A stretch of 64,000 nt of DNA. Origin: an uncultured Cytophagia bacterium (GTDB lineage Bacteria; Zhuqueibacterota; Zhuqueibacteria; Thermofontimicrobiales; Thermofontimicrobiaceae). This document shows, piece after piece, positions 60,037-64,000 of this stretch. The stretch is taken from NCBI GenBank assembly GCA_964605145.1, contig CAZSBG010000009.1, positions 28,727-92,726 on the forward strand, in the 5' to 3' direction. The notes beneath the pieces are model-generated. The model ran no database searches. It was not told the DNA's origin and saw only the letters and a list, made by a program, of their open reading frames with translations. Made by a program: the position numbers and the translations under genes. Within the stretch, counting starts at the first letter, position 1; every line of letters begins with the position of its first letter.

Positions 60037-60132
60037 ATATAGAACACGGATGACGCTGATGAAACAGATTTACGCAGATAAAAATCCGTGAAGATCAGCG
60101 TCATCCGTGTCATCTGCGTTCTATTTTTTATT
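60037..60132. promoter_or_regulatory. Large perfect hairpin (17-bp stem, 33-nt loop) with a 3' T-tract on the plus strand, between the PqqD and radical SAM genes
   Basis: ACACGGATGACGCTGAT-loop-ATCAGCGTCATCCGTGT is extended by ATAGAAC and GTTCTAT, then TTTTTTATT. It has terminator-like architecture in the plus orientation and lies inside a minus-strand operon. Confidence 0.4.
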
Positions 60133-60183
60133 CTGGTTTATCCAGGTTAGGAAACGTAATAGTAGTATTATTCATTTGAAGTA

Positions 60184-60468
60184 TCACATTTTGCTTACAA
60201 ATTCAATCATGTTTTTCTCAACCAATTCTTCGATAAAAATTGTCGTGTCCGCTTCCGCGGTCGCCAATTCCACATCAAACTCATTTTGAATTTCAGCGGC
60301 GATCTCTCGCACTGTTCGAGAACCATCGGTCAATTCCCAAACGCGGGTGCCAACTTCATTCAATGTGTTAATTGATCCTTCCATGGGTTGCACGATTACG
60401 GCCTCGCCATCCACAACGCGGGACGCGGTTTGGGTGCTTTTGTTTGGGTAATTGTCAAGAAAGCTCAT
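60184..60468 (-). CDS. PqqD-family RiPP recognition element (RRE) protein
   Basis: The PqqD-like pattern is DGEAVIV...LNEVGTRVWELTDGSRTVREIAAEIQNEFDV...FIEELVEKNMI. The likely start is MSFLDNY at ~60468, which has a GGAGG ribosome-binding site; the tracked ORF extends further 5'. Confidence 0.8.
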   Translation of the reverse strand: MSFLDNYPNKSTQTASRVVDGEAVIVQPMEGSINTLNEVGTRVWELTDGSRTVREIAAEIQNEFDVELATAEADTTIFIEELVEKNMIEFVSKM

Positions 60469-61315
60469 GAATTGTCCTCCAGAATGAATTGTCTTTTGTG
60501 AAATGTAGTTCATAACAGGGAATGCGGTTGGCCAAACTTGTACAGAATTCCAGGGCAGTTTCACTGCCAATCGAGTGATTGCTCAAAGGCCGAACGCTGT
60601 TTAATAATTCAAAAACAGCGTTTACAGGTTTCATTTTTAGCGCATAGGTGCGCGTATCCTGAATAAGCCGGAAACACGCTCTTATACGCGCAGTGGTGTT
60701 GGTAAGCTGGAAGCCATTTTTTTCTGAATTGAACGGGCAGGCTGAAACGTTCGCAGAACCATTTTTCTGCTGCAGCACAAGCAAATCGTCCCCTAACACA
60801 AATCGCGGTTTTGAGAAATTCGTCACTGTTGTTTTTCCCACGCCGGACGGCCCGAAAAAAATGTATCCTTCTTCGTTTTCAATGATACCGGCTCCATGAA
60901 ATACGGTGGATTTGTTCTGCAGAGCAACGACAGCAAAGGCAACCCGTAAAAAATGCTCCAGCCAGGATAACGGATTAGCTTCATTGATCGCCATCTCAGC
61001 GATACCTGTTTCCAAATTCACATATCCAATAAAATAGTTAGACCGGACAAAGCAGGTGTTCCCTTCGTATCGCTGATCCACATACAAATTATCGTTGCCT
61101 TCAGAATCGGGAAAGTGAATTCCCTCTGTCAGATGAATGTCAATCTTCAGAAAACAGCCTGTTTCTTCGGTGGTAAATTTGATATATTGGTCCCCCAACG
61201 CATCCATCAACGCTTTATCTGTAGAATTCAATTGAACCACAAAATCAGCGATTTTTAATTTCAGAGAATAGGGTTCGTGTGCGAATTTATAGGAGTCGAA
61301 TGGAAATGTGTTCAT
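60455..61315 (-). CDS. HprK-related P-loop kinase (HPr kinase C-terminal domain-like)
   Basis: The sequence HGAGIIENEEGYIFFGPSGVGKTTV resembles the HprK C-terminal Walker A region. The length is 286 aa. The stop codon overlaps the PqqD gene start. Confidence 0.65.
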   Translation of the reverse strand: MNTFPFDSYKFAHEPYSLKLKIADFVVQLNSTDKALMDALGDQYIKFTTEETGCFLKIDIHLTEGIHFPDSEGNDNLYVDQRYEGNTCFVRSNYFIGYVNLETGIAEMAINEANPLSWLEHFLRVAFAVVALQNKSTVFHGAGIIENEEGYIFFGPSGVGKTTVTNFSKPRFVLGDDLLVLQQKNGSANVSACPFNSEKNGFQLTNTTARIRACFRLIQDTRTYALKMKPVNAVFELLNSVRPLSNHSIGSETALEFCTSLANRIPCYELHFTKDNSFWRTIHELS

Positions 61316-61710
61316 GTGCCAGGCCTGATCCGTAAAATGTCGTTTTAATTTCGTTTACAAATAATTTTGAAAACATGTATCTGTCCGGGTTAACTATTTT
61401 TGAATAGACTAATAATAAATAATCAGGCCGACAATGTCAATAAAAATAAGAACATTATCTATAATTTCACAACTATTCCAGAATTGCAATAAATAAGGCT
61501 TTTATTCTCTTTTATCTATTTAATTTTTATTAACATTGTACCAAATAATTAAAGCCTTTATTCAAAGTTTACGATATAATGAAGAAGGCTTGGATAATCG
61601 TTGTAATTGTGTGATTGAAAAAAACTTGGCGTTAAAAATATCAGGTGTTGCAGAATTTTTTTTCTGCAATATTAAATGATCAATTAAAAAAGAGTTGAAA
61701 GGAATTTGAA

Positions 61711-64000
61711 ATGAAAAAATTAATGTTTGTGCTGGCGCTTTCTGTTCTAGTTAGCGCAAATGTATTTTCTCAGAATAATGCCCTCGATTTTGATGGGACA
61801 AATGATTATGTGGATTTAGGTAATAGTAATGGTTTAAAACCAACTTCAGCTTTGACTTTTGAATGCTGGATGAATCCTGATAGCTGGAGTATCAGCGGTA
61901 ATCATCACGTATTTGCCGGGAATACTCAAAGTGGTGGTTACAATATTGCTCTGGGCTATCCCACAGGGACAGATATCGGTTTTGCCGTTTATTCTTTTTC
62001 AGCTTATCGTAGAGTGGATGCCTCTGTGAGCGGTTTTTCCGGCTGGCATCATGTGGGTGGAACTTTTGATGGGCAATATGTTAAACTTTATATCGATGGG
62101 CAATTGGTCGATGAATTTGATATGAGCACTTCTGGAAATACTATCACCTATACAGTCAGTAATAGCACCTTACTGGGGGCAGAAGCAGGTTCTGGGTCAG
62201 GATCTGGCGGGTATGAATATGATGGAAAATTAGATGAAGTGCGATTTTGGAATGTTGTCCGCACACAAACAGAAATTCAGGATAATATGTACACCAGTTT
62301 AGCAGGCAATGAAAGCGGATTAATCGCCTACTACAAAATGACCGATGGTAGTGGCACAAGTTTGACGGATAATTCGACAAACAGCTATACGGGCACACTC
62401 ACAAATGGAGTAAGCTGGACTGATGATATTGCTACTGTCGTACCCTTTGATACAGATAGTGATTCTAAATTGGAAATAAACAATGACGCAAATCTATTTT
62501 ATTTGTCGCTACACTCTGGATTATGGGATCTCGACTTCATTCAAACCGCTGATATTGCATTCAATGAAGATCAAACTCTGGTGGACTGGGATGGAGACGG
62601 TGTATTGGAACATATGGATTTTTATCCCGAAAATGATGATTATTATGGACTGGCAACCATTGGAAACAACAGTGTGTCATTTTCAGGAGAATATGATGGG
62701 CAGAATCATACGATTACAAATTTGTATATTAATAGGGATCAGAATTATGTAGGGCTTTTTGGAAAAGCCAGTGGAGGCACTGTAAAAAATCTCGGGCTTC
62801 CCGGAGTGTATGTGAGAAGTGCGTCTTATAATTTTGTGGGCGGCCTTATCGGGTATCAGGGCACGGCAATCAATTGCTATACCACCGGCACTGTAAGCGG
62901 TGCGGCCTGTGTTGGTGGACTGATGGGTTACTATGGCAATGCCCAATCCTGTTATTCCACCGCTAATGTTTCCGGTTATTATAATATTGGAGGCCTGATG
63001 GGAACGGGTGGCAGTGCCAGCAACTGCTATGCAATGGGTAATGTAAGTTCAAATATTGGCCCTGATGGCGGACTTATTGGAAGCCTGGAAGTTGGCCATG
63101 TCATTAATTGCTATTCGGCTTCTTCATCGCAAACGGATGGTGGTCTCATTGGCGAAAAAAACCCAGATGAAAATATGGCATCTGTTACGAATTCTTTTTG
63201 GGATGTGACTATCTCAAATCAATCAACAAGCGATGGGGGCACAGGAAAAACAACGGCAGAAATGAAAGATGTGAATACTTACTGGAATTCAACCTGGGAT
63301 TTTGTGATTGAAACGGTTAATGGAACGAATGATTACTGGGAAATGGATGAATCTGGATCTGTAAATAGTGGATATCCTTTTCTTTTCTATCAGAATGGAG
63401 ATGAAGAATTAATCCCCGATGGGCTTGTTGCATTTAGTGGAGGAGCTGGTACTGAAGAAGATCCATACAAAATTGCAGATCTGGACGATCTGATTGGGCT
63501 CAGTGACAATAGCGGATATTGGGGAAGTGGAACCTACTTTATACAAACAGCAAATATAGATGCATCATCCACGAGTGGTATGAATAGTGGTGCGGGATTC
63601 AGTCCTATCGGAAACGGTAGTACATCCTTTGGAGGCAATTATAATGGTCAAAATTATACGATATCAGGGCTGACAATTGACAGAGATCAGAATTATGTCG
63701 GATTGTTCGGCCGCGGAGGAACGATTTCAAATTTGGGTGTCGTGAATTGCTCCATTAGTAATGCATCCGGAAATTATACAGGCGCTCTGGTTGGGCGGGG
63801 GGGAACAGTAACGAATTGTTATTCCACCGGTACAGTAAGCGGAGCTAGCCACGTTGGGGGATTGATCGGATATTGGGGTAGTGCGGAATCCTGTTATTCT
63901 TCGGCTAATGTTACTGGCTTTATCTATGTTGGTGGTCTAATGGGAACGGGCGGCAGTGCCAGCAACTGCTATGCAATGGGTAATGTAAGTTCAATTGTCA
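61711..64000 (+). CDS. Large secreted LamG-domain / GLUG-repeat surface protein (5' partial; no stop codon in the window)
   Basis: Manual translation from ATG 61711 is open to the window end (at least 763 aa). A signal peptide MKKLMFVLALSVLVSANVFSQ is followed by a LamG_3-like region (LDFDGTNDYVDLG...DEVRFWNVV). Repeated GLUG-type motifs then occur (VGGLMGY, IGGLMGT, GGLIG), including a near-exact internal duplication (...GGLMGTGGSASNCYAMGNVSS appears twice). The gene is missing from the ORF track because it is open-ended. Confidence 0.75.
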   Translation, partial: MKKLMFVLALSVLVSANVFSQNNALDFDGTNDYVDLGNSNGLKPTSALTFECWMNPDSWSISGNHHVFAGNTQSGGYNIALGYPTGTDIGFAVYSFSAYRRVDASVSGFSGWHHVGGTFDGQYVKLYIDGQLVDEFDMSTSGNTITYTVSNSTLLGAEAGSGSGSGGYEYDGKLDEVRFWNVVRTQTEIQDNMYTSLAGNESGLIAYYKMTDGSGTSLTDNSTNSYTGTLTNGVSWTDDIATVVPFDTDSDSKLEINNDANLFYLSLHSGLWDLDFIQTADIAFNEDQTLVDWDGDGVLEHMDFYPENDDYYGLATIGNNSVSFSGEYDGQNHTITNLYINRDQNYVGLFGKASGGTVKNLGLPGVYVRSASYNFVGGLIGYQGTAINCYTTGTVSGAACVGGLMGYYGNAQSCYSTANVSGYYNIGGLMGTGGSASNCYAMGNVSSNIGPDGGLIGSLEVGHVINCYSASSSQTDGGLIGEKNPDENMASVTNSFWDVTISNQSTSDGGTGKTTAEMKDVNTYWNSTWDFVIETVNGTNDYWEMDESGSVNSGYPFLFYQNGDEELIPDGLVAFSGGAGTEEDPYKIADLDDLIGLSDNSGYWGSGTYFIQTANIDASSTSGMNSGAGFSPIGNGSTSFGGNYNGQNYTISGLTIDRDQNYVGLFGRGGTISNLGVVNCSISNASGNYTGALVGRGGTVTNCYSTGTVSGASHVGGLIGYWGSAESCYSSANVTGFIYVGGLMGTGGSASNCYAMGNVSSIV

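Noticed and set aside
56569-61315. Lasso-peptide biosynthetic cluster
   Set aside because: An HprK-like kinase, PF14907 nucleotidyltransferase and PqqD are known lasso tailoring or recognition components. There is no asparagine-synthetase-like lasso cyclase and no transglutaminase-like leader peptidase. A radical SAM/SPASM enzyme is present instead. The candidate core also lacks an N-terminal Gly/Ala/Ser/Cys plus an Asp/Glu 7-9 residues later, the pattern needed to form a lasso ring.
62156-62946. Minus-strand ORFs 62156-62398 and 62683-62946, and plus-strand ORF 62483-62752
   Set aside because: All lie inside, or out of frame with, the long uninterrupted LamG/GLUG plus-strand ORF starting at 61711. 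The 62156 product is Cys/His-rich noise.
1-64000. tRNA, rRNA, integrase, transposase, toxin-antitoxin and known defence-system genes
   Set aside because: I scanned intergenic regions for tRNA-like T-arm motifs and protein translations for recombinase, transposase or nuclease signatures and found none. This is by eye only; tRNAscan, Infernal and HMM searches would be needed to exclude them formally.

Overview
This is a 64 kb bacterial chromosomal segment, densely coding and mostly on the minus strand. No rRNA, tRNA, CRISPR array, transposase or integrase gene was recognised. All identifications below come from reading the supplied translations and the DNA by eye; no database search or computation was run, and some coordinates may be off by 1-2 nt.

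Gene content, in order:
- 1-6015: a four-gene NHLP/Nif11-type bacteriocin export module. It comprises a TolC-like protein, a HlyD-family protein, a C39-peptidase ABC transporter and a cNMP-domain ABC transporter cut by the window edge.
- 6989-23375: housekeeping genes. These are ppdK, an S41 tail-specific protease, tmk, a MATE pump, panD, rsmI, a class-III aminotransferase resembling lysine 6-transaminase, a HIT protein, a stand-alone EF-G paralog and an acyl-CoA-ligase-like gene with a degenerate P-loop.
- 13879-16495: an inositol-lipid pair, myo-inositol-1-phosphate synthase and a 217-aa CDP-alcohol phosphatidyltransferase, flanking panD.
- 27292-30392: an OmpR/histidine-kinase two-component pair, and a Kv-type K+ channel fused to a C-terminal zinc ribbon.
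- 30412-47191: a glycan/peptide-utilisation island. It holds two sodium:solute symporters, a Nudix hydrolase, a CBM9-like secreted protein, a GH47 alpha-mannosidase, a GH33 sialidase, GalU, a GHMP sugar kinase, the M3 peptidase Dcp, a URO-D-like protein and a TAT-signal FAD oxidoreductase.
- 47863-54492: a large secreted protein, a DUF4870 membrane protein, DPP-IV and a TlpA-like thioredoxin.

The most interesting part is an uncharacterised RiPP-like operon at about 54.8-61.3 kb. It contains an ABC ATPase and ABC-2 permease on the plus strand. On the minus strand it has, in order, an HprK-like P-loop kinase, a PqqD-like RRE, a radical SAM/SPASM enzyme, a 49-aa candidate precursor peptide (MTEKNFSEKKKRKSIKKRYIKPNISHSNTIESLAGSCTSVSLLCTPSHT, not in the ORF track), an S26/S24-like peptidase and a PF14907-type nucleotidyltransferase. 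Next to it, a large LamG/GLUG-repeat surface protein runs off the window end. It too is missing from the ORF track because it has no stop codon in the window.

A second notable signal is a family of at least seven MITE-like palindromic elements sharing TGTCATT...AATGACA termini. All copies are intergenic, and several sit inside longer outer inverted repeats. Two tandem copies lie directly upstream of the radical SAM gene and account for its falsely extended N-terminus in the ORF track.
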